In this document: piece by piece, positions 52,594 to 62,965 of the stretch
How positions within the stretch are numbered: position 1 is the first letter of the stretch
Layout of the letters: each line of letters starts with the position of its first letter
Assembly (NCBI GenBank): GCA_963830915.1
Contig: CAWHOE010000034.1
Location: 11,839 to 75,838, forward strand
Reading direction: 5' to 3'
From: a candidate division FCPU426 bacterium
Lineage (GTDB): Bacteria; Oederibacteriota; Muellerivitia; Muellerivitales; Muellerivitaceae
Length of the DNA: 64,000 bases
Notes under the pieces: model-generated
Database searches by the model: none
Seen by the model: only the letters and a program-made list of their open reading frames with translations
What the model was told of the DNA's origin: nothing
Translations under genes and position numbers: made by a program

Positions 52594-53811
52594 ATGAGGC
52601 TGGCGCTAGTCAATAACTACCTTTATTACCGGGGCGGCGCGGAAAAAGTGTTCCGTGACCAAAAGGAACTCTTCCAGGAAAAGGGTCACGATGTTTTCCT
52701 TTTCAGCCAAAATCATATCGATAATTTGCCCGATGAAAATCAAAGTTGGTTCCCCCGGTGGAGCGACCCGAAAAAAGCCGGATTCATTACCGGTTTGCCT
52801 AGATTGTTGAAATTCATTTACTCCCACGGGAATCGGAAGATTTTCAGGAGGTTTCTACAAAGGTTCCAACCCGATCTGGTCCACGCGCATAATCTTTATG
52901 GGGGACTAACGATGGCGGTCATTGACGCGGCGGCGGAACTGGATATCCCGGTGGTCATGACTTTGCATGATTATAAAATGATCAGTCCTTCTCCCAACCT
53001 TCTTTCCGGTATCGAGCCCTGTCGGGAATGCCTGGTTCGCCCAGGCGCCTTGAATTGCGTGTGGAAGAAATGCCATCGGGGAAATTTTAAAAGCACCCTG
53101 GCTTATTATTGCGAAACTTGGTTCAATCGGAGGTTTAAAAAATACCATAAGGTTAAAACCTTCATCGTTCCTAGCCAGTACATGAAAAATACCATTACCA
53201 CCGCGGGGGTTGACCCAAATGTTGTGAAAGTGGTGCCAAACGCCATCCCTCTCGGACCGCCACCCGCCTTCAATGAGAAAGGTGGTTATTATTTTTACGC
53301 GGGTAGAATGTCGGATGAAAAAGGAGTTCGGCCTTTGCTGGAGGCCTTCGAGAATTTTTCCGGCCATTTGATCTTGGCTGGGGATGGTCCTCAAATGGAG
53401 AATTATAAAAAGATAGCGAAGGGGAAAAATAACATCCAGTTCGTCGGGCAACTGGACCAAACCCGTATGGATGAACATTACCGTCGCTGTACGGCGGTCG
53501 TCATCCCCTCCCTATGGTCGGAAACATCATCCATGACAGCCCTTCAGGCCATGGCCAACGGTAAACCGGTAGTGGCCAGCCGGGTAGGGGCACTTGCGGA
53601 AATCGTAGAGGATGGAGTCACAGGGTTTCTTTTCGAGCCTGGGAACGTAAAGCAATTAACCGGATTGCTTAAGGATTTGGATTCTCACAAAGCTTTGGCC
53701 GAGCGAATGGGCGAAAACGCCCGCGTGGAAACGGAAAAGAAATACTCGCAAGAACGACAATATGAAACGTTGATGGGGATCTACGAGATGGTATTAAGAA
53801 AGGGAAATTAA
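52594..53811 (+). CDS. GT4 glycosyltransferase
   Basis: GGAEKV, VHAHN, TLHDYK, GRMSDEKG and AMANGKPVVAS. Confidence 0.9.
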   Translation: MRLALVNNYLYYRGGAEKVFRDQKELFQEKGHDVFLFSQNHIDNLPDENQSWFPRWSDPKKAGFITGLPRLLKFIYSHGNRKIFRRFLQRFQPDLVHAHNLYGGLTMAVIDAAAELDIPVVMTLHDYKMISPSPNLLSGIEPCRECLVRPGALNCVWKKCHRGNFKSTLAYYCETWFNRRFKKYHKVKTFIVPSQYMKNTITTAGVDPNVVKVVPNAIPLGPPPAFNEKGGYYFYAGRMSDEKGVRPLLEAFENFSGHLILAGDGPQMENYKKIAKGKNNIQFVGQLDQTRMDEHYRRCTAVVIPSLWSETSSMTALQAMANGKPVVASRVGALAEIVEDGVTGFLFEPGNVKQLTGLLKDLDSHKALAERMGENARVETEKKYSQERQYETLMGIYEMVLRKGN

Positions 53812-53812
53812 G

Positions 53813-55051
53813 GTGCGTATCCTTCTATTGGGAAATATTGGCTTTTTTAACCACAAGGATTTCGGTTTGGGCGGGATTGAGACGACCCTTCAGGCTTTGC
53901 GAAAATACTTAACCGCAGCCGGACATGAGGTCAAGATCGTCCATGTCGGGTTGGTGCCGGAGTCCTTCGAGAAAGAAGTGAACCCAGACCCCGACGTCCT
54001 ATTTTTAAAAAAGCTCAATCCGATCAAGAAAATATGGCCGACTTTGTATATTAAAAAAGAACTCAGGGAGATCATAAAAAATAACCGTCCTGACGTGGTT
54101 TGGTGCCGAAATATCCAGTTGGGATTGGCGGTGGAAAAATTAGTGGATTGCCCGATCTTCCATATTTTTCCCGAGTTGATCAGGATCGTCTATTTGTGGG
54201 ATTTTTCGAAAGATAATATCCAGCCGACAACAAGGAGAAGCCTCAAGGGGTCGATCTTGGAGTTTTATAAATGGATCAGGCGTTTACCCCGACACTTATT
54301 TGAAAAACAGCAAGAAAGAAATGTGATCAAGAAATTCGGCTTGGTAGTATTCAGCGAGAAAATGCGGGAACAAATCCAAAAAACATATGGGATTTCCCCG
54401 GAAGCCGTTCACGTGATCCATCCCGGAGTTGACGAGAATAAATTCAACAAGGAAAGAGGGCGGGAACAATTCGGGGTCATTGAGAAAAAATATGGACTGC
54501 GGGAAGACCAAAAATTCATATTGTTCGTTGGTCGTCTGGTGGTCGGCAAGAATATCCCGCTCTTATTACGGGCCATGGCCCTGACACAAGGGGAGAAACG
54601 GTTGGTGATCGTGGGGGATGGACCCCTTCGGGATAAATTGGAAACTTATGTTCGAGAGATCGGAATGTCGACCCGGGTGCTGTTTGTGGGCCGACAGGAC
54701 GAGTTGCTCGCCGGGTTTTATGCCATGGCCAGGGTTTTCGTCAATCCCTGTTTGAACGAGCCGTTTGGCCATGTGTTAATTGAGTCGTTATTTTGCGGCA
54801 CGCCTGTTATAGGCATCCGATCGAATGGGTCCAAAACGGTGACGGCCATTGATGAAGTGACGGATGGGGGAAAATTTGGAAGGCAAGTGGATGCCAATCC
54901 GGAGGCCATGGCCAAGGCGATCGACGAGATGATCTCTTTAAAAGATGAGGATTATAGGGCCATGTCGGAAAAAGGGATCGAGTCCGTACGAAACCGTTAT
55001 AACTGGCCTAAATTCATCGAGCGAATGATGAACTTGCCGGCGCGGCCATGA
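53813..55051 (+). CDS. GT4 glycosyltransferase
   Basis: GGIET, VGRLVVGKN and EPFGHVLIES. Confidence 0.88.
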   Translation: MRILLLGNIGFFNHKDFGLGGIETTLQALRKYLTAAGHEVKIVHVGLVPESFEKEVNPDPDVLFLKKLNPIKKIWPTLYIKKELREIIKNNRPDVVWCRNIQLGLAVEKLVDCPIFHIFPELIRIVYLWDFSKDNIQPTTRRSLKGSILEFYKWIRRLPRHLFEKQQERNVIKKFGLVVFSEKMREQIQKTYGISPEAVHVIHPGVDENKFNKERGREQFGVIEKKYGLREDQKFILFVGRLVVGKNIPLLLRAMALTQGEKRLVIVGDGPLRDKLETYVREIGMSTRVLFVGRQDELLAGFYAMARVFVNPCLNEPFGHVLIESLFCGTPVIGIRSNGSKTVTAIDEVTDGGKFGRQVDANPEAMAKAIDEMISLKDEDYRAMSEKGIESVRNRYNWPKFIERMMNLPARP

Positions 55052-55920
55052 CTATTTCAGTCATTCTGCCCGCTTACAACTGCGAGGATTGTGTTGAGCG
55101 CGCCATCGAAAGCGTCCTCGTTCAGGATGTTCCCGGGCTGGAATTCCTGATCCTGGATGACGGTTCCATCGATGGAACCTCTCGGATCATCCGAAAATAT
55201 CGAAAATGGGCCCGAACTATAAGGCACAAAAACCGGGGTTTAAGCGCTACCCGCAATCGGGGCGTGGGGATGGCCCGCCATGATTACTTGGCTTTCATCG
55301 ATTCCGACGATGAGTGGCTACCTGGAAAACTGAAGCATCAAATGGAGTTATTCCGGCGTTATCCCGAAGTGGCGCTCACCACGACCGGGTCGCGGTTTCA
55401 CACGAAAGAGGGCAGGCTCACCCGGATCGAGCAAAGGGAATTCCACGGCAAGATGATCCCCCAATTGGCCAAGGGTGACTACATCAATACCTCCAGCGTG
55501 ATGGTCAAACGGGACGCGCTTCGGTTCTTCAAAAAACCTTTCCCCGAAAGTATCCGCTACGCTGAGGATTATGTTCTTTGGGTGCGTTTGGCGCTGCGTC
55601 ATGAGTTCCACGCCAGTTCGGAGATCCTGGTCGAAACAAGGGCCAGTTCTCATGAGGATTTCCTGAGAAAGTACGACGAGAAAGATATGAGGATAGCCTA
55701 TGGATTGATCCTGAAAGCGGTCGAGGGTCATTGTGGGAAAAGGGAAATAAAGCGGTTCCGCTCCCGTCTTCATTTCGAGTTGGCTTCCTTGCATGCCAGG
55801 AGAAAAGAATTGGGGGGAATGCTGGCGGAAATATTCACGGGTCTTTCTGAAAACCCATGGGATCTCAGCAATTCGTCTTGGTGCGTAAAAAACCTCATGA
55901 GATATTTCAACTTTTTATGA
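55048..55920 (+). CDS. GT2 glycosyltransferase
   Basis: SVILPAYN, DDGSIDGT and FIDSDDEW. Confidence 0.9.
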   Translation: MTISVILPAYNCEDCVERAIESVLVQDVPGLEFLILDDGSIDGTSRIIRKYRKWARTIRHKNRGLSATRNRGVGMARHDYLAFIDSDDEWLPGKLKHQMELFRRYPEVALTTTGSRFHTKEGRLTRIEQREFHGKMIPQLAKGDYINTSSVMVKRDALRFFKKPFPESIRYAEDYVLWVRLALRHEFHASSEILVETRASSHEDFLRKYDEKDMRIAYGLILKAVEGHCGKREIKRFRSRLHFELASLHARRKELGGMLAEIFTGLSENPWDLSNSSWCVKNLMRYFNFL

Positions 55921-57212
55921 AAAACAAAAACTCGAAGGGAAATAACACAGGGATCTGGAGATGGATGGGGTCGGACTTTTTTCAAAAAGTCGCCCTGATC
56001 ACCACGAATCGCGGATTGGTGATGTTCCTGGGGTTCGTGATATCCATCATCCTGGTGCGGGTGTTAGGCCCGGAAGGAAGGGGTTTATACGTCACGGCCA
56101 TGTCGACGGCCCAAATAGGGATCCTGTTGGGAAATTTGGGGCTCCAAGTACCTCACACCCTATTGATTTCACGGAATAAGAACACTTTGGGAAATTTGAC
56201 CGCGAATAGTGTCGTGACCGGGATTGTGATCGGCGGCGGCGGAGCCGCGGTGGTGGGGGCTTTTTTCCTATTATTCCCTTCGATCCCTCCGGTTCATGGA
56301 TGGTTGCTGGGGTTAAGTCTGACTTGGATCCCTTTCGGTGTCCTTTATTTCCTTTTGTTCAATTTGTTGATCGGGATCGATAACGTCAAGGGATGCGTCA
56401 AGATCGAATTGAGTTCGAAGACCCTCCAAATCTTAACGGTATCTTTATTGGCTTTTCTATTCACCCCGCGCGTCGAGGTGTTTTTCGCCGTCGCCCTGAC
56501 ATTGGTGGTTGTGAGCTGTATTTGGCAGCTTTTCGAACTTCGAAAGGATTTCCAAGGTCGCTTTTCACCCTCGTACAATATTTTCAAAAAAAACCTTTCC
56601 CTGGGTTTGAAGTTCTACTTTGCGAACATCCTTTCCTTTCTTTTGATCAGGATCGATTGCCTGATCGTGAAATATATGTTAGGCGCTGAGCAAACGGGAT
56701 ATTACTCGGTCGCCGCGAGTCTTGCCGATATCATCCCAATGGTCCCGAGCATGGTCGGGCTTATATTATTTCCGAAACTCTCCTCTTTGACCGATAAAGG
56801 AGAGAGGTGGAAGCTGGCACGCAAATCCCTATGGATCACTGGTCTGTTTCTGCTCCCTTGCGTATTTCTCGCGTGGTTCTTGGCAGGACCGGCCATTGGG
56901 ATGGTTTATGGTATTCGTTTTCTTCCTTCCGTCGACGCTTTCCGGATTTTGATACCCGGGATCTATTTCATGGCACTCCAAATGGTGGCGGTCCAATTTT
57001 TGAAAAGTGAGGGGTATCCTTGGGAATTAGTTTTAAGTTGGGGAGCGGCGGTTTTGTTGAATGTCCTGCTGAACCTTTGGCTGGTCCCTTGTTATGGGAT
57101 CGTGGGGGCATCCCTTAGTTCCACCCTCTGTTATGTCCTTATCTTTTTTCTCACGCTTTTCATCATTCGGAATAGAGTGTCCGCTGATTTTTCGGAAAGG
57201 TTCGCTTCGTAA
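55917..57212 (+). CDS. Wzx-type flippase 3
   Basis: RVLGPEGRG, RID, TGYYSVA and LVPCYGIVGASLSS. Confidence 0.88.
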   Translation: MKNKNSKGNNTGIWRWMGSDFFQKVALITTNRGLVMFLGFVISIILVRVLGPEGRGLYVTAMSTAQIGILLGNLGLQVPHTLLISRNKNTLGNLTANSVVTGIVIGGGGAAVVGAFFLLFPSIPPVHGWLLGLSLTWIPFGVLYFLLFNLLIGIDNVKGCVKIELSSKTLQILTVSLLAFLFTPRVEVFFAVALTLVVVSCIWQLFELRKDFQGRFSPSYNIFKKNLSLGLKFYFANILSFLLIRIDCLIVKYMLGAEQTGYYSVAASLADIIPMVPSMVGLILFPKLSSLTDKGERWKLARKSLWITGLFLLPCVFLAWFLAGPAIGMVYGIRFLPSVDAFRILIPGIYFMALQMVAVQFLKSEGYPWELVLSWGAAVLLNVLLNLWLVPCYGIVGASLSSTLCYVLIFFLTLFIIRNRVSADFSERFAS

Positions 57213-57233
57213 TCAAAGATTTAAGGGGAAATC

Positions 57234-58208
57234 ATGCCGACAAAACCAATTATTTCCGTCGTGATCGAGACAGGTACCCGAGCCCTGACCGATTCCATAT
57301 CCGTGGAAGAATCAGTCGGTCGACATCTGGAGGAGATCCGAAAATTTTCGAAGGGTCCGGAAGTGGAGGTCCTGTTTGTGGGGGCGCAACTCCCCCCGAA
57401 CTCCTTGATGCAAAAAAACTGTCGATGTCTGAGTCTGCCCCAGGTGGGTTATTACGGATGGAAAAACGCCGGCGCGAAAGCCGCCCGGGGGAAGTACATC
57501 GCCTTTTGGGACAGTGATTGTCGGCCTGGCAAGGGTTACCTTAAAAAAGCGGTGGAAACCCTTGAAAAGAACCGGAGGCTTTGGGGAGTGACCGGTATAA
57601 GCCAATATGACGGTGATACTTATCTTACCCGGCTCAATACGGTTTTAAGTTTCGGTTATCTTTACCAGGACGAGGATTTCACTACCGGCCACGCGGCCCT
57701 GTCCCACAATGTGGTGATCCGTAAGAGTAAGCTTCCCCAGGAGCCATTTGGACCATACTCTTACCGCGTGGGAGGCGATTTTCATCTTACTCGCATGGCC
57801 GCCCGAGCGGGTCATCCCTTGAAATTGGTCCGGGAAATGCGGATATTTCATGAGGACCCCTCTTTTTCCCTGAGCGCCTTGTTGGAACGGCATTTGCGGG
57901 GAATATTCGAACCCCAATTGTTCAAGCCCCAGGGTTCGAGATTGGAGGTCATGGCTTTGGCTTTTCGCGGAGTAGCGGGGATGACCAAGGGTTGGATCGT
58001 GAAGGTCTTCACTTACGGAAAGAGGATGGAGTTTGGAACCTTCGACGCCATTCTTTCACTTCCCGTACTGATGGTTTATTCCCTCTTGGATCTGTTCGTT
58101 GTCATGGTAATGGTATTGTACCAACCGCTTTTGGATAAGCTGATCACGCACCATATCGGGTCCAAACCCGGAACCCCAAGCCCCTCCCCAAAGCTGGACC
58201 CCATCTGA
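57234..58208 (+). CDS. GT2 glycosyltransferase
   Basis: KNAGAKAARGKYIAFWDSDC. Confidence 0.8.
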   Translation: MPTKPIISVVIETGTRALTDSISVEESVGRHLEEIRKFSKGPEVEVLFVGAQLPPNSLMQKNCRCLSLPQVGYYGWKNAGAKAARGKYIAFWDSDCRPGKGYLKKAVETLEKNRRLWGVTGISQYDGDTYLTRLNTVLSFGYLYQDEDFTTGHAALSHNVVIRKSKLPQEPFGPYSYRVGGDFHLTRMAARAGHPLKLVREMRIFHEDPSFSLSALLERHLRGIFEPQLFKPQGSRLEVMALAFRGVAGMTKGWIVKVFTYGKRMEFGTFDAILSLPVLMVYSLLDLFVVMVMVLYQPLLDKLITHHIGSKPGTPSPSPKLDPI

Positions 58209-58512
58209 ATGGGATGATTAGGTGTGTATTCTTTCCAGACCCGATGAACCGCTTGAAAAATGGAAAGTTTATTCGCTGGTCCAATGGATCATGGAAAATC
58301 GTCTTGACAGAAAGACCCGACGGTCCCTATTCCTGCCCCTGCTGACGGCTAACCGATAACCTTTATTTTGCTTTTGAAGGTAGTTGCCATTATGTCCGAA
58401 TGAAAATCAGGGGGAGAGTTATTAGTTCACTTAATAACTTCAAAACCAATGTGGCTAAAGTATACTAATGGTCATTGAGACGTAGAATGTCAGCCACTCC
58501 AGGGAGCATCGA

Positions 58513-59657
58513 GTGATCATCGGGGTCGACGGAACTTGTTTCAGGGGGAGAGGACCGGCGCGGGATGGTATTTGACCCGCTTGCTGGAGGCCATGTCCCA
58601 TATCCTGGAAGAGGACAGGGTCTATGTCTGGATGAACAATCCCACGGCGGAAGAAAAAACCAGGGTGTCCGAGAACCGTTTCATCTCCCTCAGCGTGACC
58701 CATTATCCCTGGGCGGCGCTCAAACTCACCTGGAATACCCTGGGGACGCCTTCCATCGAGAATTTGATCGGCAGACCCGCGGATGTTTATTTTTACCCGA
58801 ATTTCTTAACGGTCCCCCAAAAACAGGGAAAAAAAGTCATTTTCATCCACGACCTGACCTTCATCACCAACCCGGACATGGTCCAACAGGATACCCTTAA
58901 AAATCTCGAGAACAATATGGGGAAACAAGGGGAAAAAGCCGACCTGATCCTGACCTGTTCGGAGTACAACCGTCAGGAAATATTGAAATATTTCCAGAGC
59001 CTGCCTGAATCCAAGATCAGGGTTGTGCCCCATGGGCTGAATCATGAATTCAGATTGCCCGCTCCCGCCGAGAAGATCCGGAGCGTCAAGGAACAATACC
59101 GTCTGCCCCATCCCTATTTCCTTTTTGTGGGGACCCTGGAGCCACGAAAGAATCTCCTGCGGTTGGTGCACGCTTTCCTGATCTTCAAGCAAAAGACCAA
59201 GTCGGACCATCAGTTGGTCCTGGCTGGCCCGAAGGGTTGGATCGGGGACGATTTCATGGATTTCATCCTGGCCCCGCAAATGGTGGATAAGGTCCGCTGG
59301 CTGGATTATGTACAGGCCGAGGACTTGCCGGCCCTTTATACCGGGGCGGACGCGTTTTTATTCCCGTCCTTGAAAGAGGGATTCGGGATGCCGCTCTTGG
59401 AAGCGATGGGTTGCGGAGTGCCGGTCCTTTGTTCCAACGCGACGGCCATACCGGAAGTCGTCGGGGACGCCGCCTGGATGATCGATCCCAACAACGTGGG
59501 GGAGTGGGCCTCGGCCATGGAACGGGTGGTGAAGGAGCCGGCGTTCGCGGGAGTCCTCCGGGAAAAAGGAAGGACCCGGATATCCCTTTTCCAAATGGAT
59601 AACACCGCCAAGCAGACTTTGGCCGCCCTTAAGTTGGCTTATCAAGCCCATGGCTAA
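58513..59657 (+). CDS. GT4 glycosyltransferase, apparent 1-nt deletion at about 58533
   Basis: GTG at 58513 gives VIIGVDG, which joins LFQGERTGAGWY with one added base. Also GTLEPRKN and EGFGMPLLEAM. Confidence 0.85.
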
Positions 59658-60852
59658 AAAAAAGAAGCCCAGAGCCACGCCAAAAAAAAGGCGGAAGCAG
59701 ACAAAAACCCTTACCCCGCCACTGTCCCGTTCCAAGACTTTTCCCCTGCTCCAACCTCCGCCGCCTTCCGCTTTCTCGCCCCAGGGGCCTGACCGAAAAG
59801 AACAACTCGCCAACGCCATGAGGGATCCCAAGGTTTCCGTGGTGATCGTCAATCATAACGGGGCCGACGCTCTTTGGAATTGTCTTTTCGCCCTGAAAAC
59901 CCAGACCTTCCGCCCTGATGAGATCATCCTAGTGGATAACGCCTCCACGGACGGAAGCGTTCCTTTCGTCCGTCAGAATTACCCCCAGGTCGATATCCTG
60001 GAGTGCCAGGAGAATTTCGGATACGCCATGGGCTGCAATCTGGGGGCCAAGTGCGCCACAGGGGATGTGATCGCCCTGCTGAACAATGATACGGTCGTCA
60101 CGCCCGAATGGTTGGGACGCATGGTACAAACGCTGAAAGATGGCTGGCCGGAAGTCGGGGCCGTCGCTTCCGAAGTCAAACCGCTCCAGGAAACACAGGG
60201 ATCAACCCAGGAAAACAACAATGTCCTCAATTTCCTCGGCCGACCGGCCCGTGGTTTTATGGAAAGGGAAGAGCAGGTCTTTTATCCCGAGGGCTGCGCC
60301 CTGGCTTATGTCCGTTTGTTGGCTCCGGAAGGACCCTTCGATGACGATTATTTCCTTTACCACGAGGATATCTACCTGGGTTGGAAACTCAGGTTGGGCG
60401 GCCTGCAGGTCATCAAGGCGTTGGACGCCAAGGTCTTTCATCAAGGAGGAGGAACGATGGCGGGCTTCCCTGGTTGGAGGGCTGTTTATTACGACCACCG
60501 GAATCGATGGTTGAACCTATCCTTGTTCCTGGAACGTGGGAATTTGATTAAGATTTTCCCCTGGGCCGCGATGGAATTGGCCGCGCTTCTGGTACGGGGA
60601 CTTTTCACCTCGCCCGAGTTATTTCTCGGGGTATCGGCGGGATTTATCTGGATCCTAACCAGGGCAGGAGCGATCGCGAGAAAAAGGTCAGTCCTTCAAG
60701 AACGGCGGAAGATCGAGGACCAGGAGATCATGTGTTATATCAGCGGGAGAGTGGTACGGGATGGGGCTTGGTTCTCGAGGTTCCTTAATTTCGTCTCATT
60801 GACCTATTGCCGGGTCGTGGGATTGCCTGTCATGGAGTTTTCCAGGGATTGA
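59650..60852 (+). CDS. GT2 glycosyltransferase (WbbL-like) with Lys/Pro-rich N-terminal extension
   Basis: VDNASTDGS, NFGYAMGCN, LLNND and YHEDI. Confidence 0.88.
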   Translation: MAKKKKPRATPKKRRKQTKTLTPPLSRSKTFPLLQPPPPSAFSPQGPDRKEQLANAMRDPKVSVVIVNHNGADALWNCLFALKTQTFRPDEIILVDNASTDGSVPFVRQNYPQVDILECQENFGYAMGCNLGAKCATGDVIALLNNDTVVTPEWLGRMVQTLKDGWPEVGAVASEVKPLQETQGSTQENNNVLNFLGRPARGFMEREEQVFYPEGCALAYVRLLAPEGPFDDDYFLYHEDIYLGWKLRLGGLQVIKALDAKVFHQGGGTMAGFPGWRAVYYDHRNRWLNLSLFLERGNLIKIFPWAAMELAALLVRGLFTSPELFLGVSAGFIWILTRAGAIARKRSVLQERRKIEDQEIMCYISGRVVRDGAWFSRFLNFVSLTYCRVVGLPVMEFSRD

Positions 60853-60942
60853 TATGTCGACACCCAAAAATCCTTGGTAAAAGGCGTTTTTGAGAGTAAA
60901 CTTTTGGCCTTCAGACAGTCGTCAATCCGGAGGAGTGGAACC

Positions 60943-61278
60943 TTGTCCAAGATCGCTAAGAGAAACTCTTCATTCATCGATGATCCCCAACGCTGTGAGA
61001 TCTGCTCGACCTCCCTGACGCTCTATCCTAAGGATTTCATCCCCTGTCCTTGCTGCAAAAGGACCATCTGCCGCCAGTGCTGGGGGGAAAGCTGGACCAA
61101 TAAATCCTTTCCGTCCGAGAAATGCGCCCACTTGAACGAGAACGAGGGACTTTCGTCCGGAATGATGGCCCAACGCGGCCAGGAGTTCGGTTGGGATTGG
61201 TATAAGATCGCCTTTGCCGGGGTCCTGATCCTTCTGGCCATCGGCATCCTGATCTTTTTGACCGGTCTATTCACGTAA
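60943..61278 (+). CDS. Small zinc-finger (RING-like) protein with C-terminal TM helix
   Basis: CEIC...FIPCPCCKRTICRQCW...CAH followed by a hydrophobic tail. TTG after SD AGGAG. Confidence 0.7.
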   Translation: MSKIAKRNSSFIDDPQRCEICSTSLTLYPKDFIPCPCCKRTICRQCWGESWTNKSFPSEKCAHLNENEGLSSGMMAQRGQEFGWDWYKIAFAGVLILLAIGILIFLTGLFT

Positions 61279-61341
61279 AACATCGATTTCCCCGGCCATG
61301 ACCGTAAGCTTCCTTTGTAAATCCTTCTAGAAGAGGTCTCC

Positions 61342-62446
61342 TTGAGGATCGCCATTGTCCATGATTGGATGACCGGGATGAGGGGCGGGGAGAAGGTCCT
61401 GATGGCCCTGCTGGAATTGTTCCCCGACGCCGACCTGTTCACCCTGGTCTACGATCCTGAAAAAATGGATCCCGCCATCCAAAATAGAAAGATCACCACC
61501 TCTTATTTGCAGAGACTGCCTTACGCGAAAACCCGCTATCAATATTACCTCCCTCTTTTTTGGGAGTTCACCAAGGGTTTCGACCTTTCCGGTTATGACC
61601 TGATCGTATCCTCCAGTTCGGCCTGCGCCAAGTGGGTGAGGAACCCGGATAACAAACTCCATGTTTGTTACTGCCATACTCCCATGCGTTATATCTGGGA
61701 CCAGTTCAACGATTATTTCGGCAGCGGTTTCAACCCGCTGGTGCGGGCGGTCCGCCCGTATTTGCCGGCCTTATCTTCAATGGTGCGACCTGAAATCCAA
61801 CGAGGGCGTCACCCACTTCATCGCCAATTCCACCGAGGTCCAGGGCAGGATCAAGCGGATCTACGGCCGGGAATCGGAAGTCATCCATCCGCCGGTGGAC
61901 GTGGATCGATTCAAGATGAACTGGGTGGAAGGGGATTACTTCCTGGTCCTTTCCGCCCTGGTGCCCTATAAAAAGGTCGATCTGGCGGTCAAGGTCTGTA
62001 CCAAACGCAAATGGCCCCTTGTGGTGGTGGGGAAGGGCGGCGAGGAAAAAAGGCTCCGGAAAATGGCGGGCCCCTGGGTCAATTTCAAGGGCTGGGCGCC
62101 GGAAGAGGATATCCCCAAGTATTTTTCCCATGCCAAGGCCCTGCTTTTCCCCGGTCGGGAGGATTTTGGGATCGTTCCCGTGGAAGCCCTCGCATCTGGT
62201 TGTCCAGTCATCGCTTTTAGCGAAGGCGGGGTGAAGGACACACTGGAGGACGGGGTGACGGGTGTGTTATTCAATGAACAAACCGAGGAATCGTTGGAGA
62301 AAGCGATGGAAAGATTCCTGACCCTCAAATTCGATCCAGAAGTCCTCAACAAGAGAGCCCAGGCCTTTTCCAGGGCCCGATTCCTGTTCAAGACCCAGGT
62401 TTATTTTCGCAGGGTTTTTGGCATAAAACCGATAGGAGAAGAATAG
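61342..62446 (+). CDS. GT4 glycosyltransferase, apparent +1 indel at about 61752
   Basis: HDWMTGMRGGEKV and CHTPMRYIW in one frame, PYKKVDL and EDFGIVPVEA in the next. Confidence 0.85.
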
Positions 62447-62586
62447 TCCACAGTCGACAGCTGACAGTCGACAGAAGGCAGACAACAGACTACAAACGAC
62501 AGTCGACAGAAGGCAGACAACAGACTACAAACGACAGTCGACAGACAAAAGACAACAGCTACCAGAACACAGCGGACAGATCGCAG
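62447..62586 (+). repeat. Array of 20 heptamers, consensus NNNACAG, with an internal 35-bp duplication
   Basis: tccacag tcgacag ctgacag [tcgacag aaggcag acaacag actacaa acgacag]x2 tcgacag ... atcgcag. Confidence 0.95.
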
Positions 62587-62596
62587 AGGGTTCAAA

Positions 62597-62953
62597 ATGG
62601 CATCAGATCATGAAAAGTTGCTCGTTTGGCAAAAAGCGATGGAACTTGTCACAGAGATTTACGAAATCAGTCAAAAATTCCCAAAAGAAGAAATGTATGG
62701 TCTGACCAGCCAGATGAGGCGATCGGCGATCTCTGTGCCTAGCAATATCGCCGAAGGGAAAGGCCGGCACACGAATCCAGACTTCTCCCATTTTTTGATA
62801 AACGCCAGGGGTTCTTTGCTGGAACTTGAAACCCAAGTCCAAATCGCTGGTAATTTAGGGTTTATTAAGAAAACAAAGGTCGATGAATTAAAAGAGAAAA
62901 CAACGGAAATTGGTAAAATGCTCAATGGATTGATCAAGGCTCTCGAACAATAA
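62597..62953 (+). CDS. Four-helix bundle protein (23S rRNA IVP / TIGR02436 / Avd-like)
   Basis: LLVWQKAMEL, FPKEEMYGLTSQMRRSAISVPSNIAEG, ARGSLLELETQ and MLNGLI. Confidence 0.95.
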   Translation: MASDHEKLLVWQKAMELVTEIYEISQKFPKEEMYGLTSQMRRSAISVPSNIAEGKGRHTNPDFSHFLINARGSLLELETQVQIAGNLGFIKKTKVDELKEKTTEIGKMLNGLIKALEQ

Positions 62954-62965
62954 TCCTTGGGTTGG

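Noticed and set aside
62267-62595. Minus-strand Cys/Leu/Ser-rich ORFs over the heptamer array
   Set aside because: Low-complexity translation products of the repeat, antisense to the operon.
62597-62953. True 23S rRNA intervening sequence
   Set aside because: The flanks are glycosyltransferase CDSs, and no rRNA sequence is present in the window.
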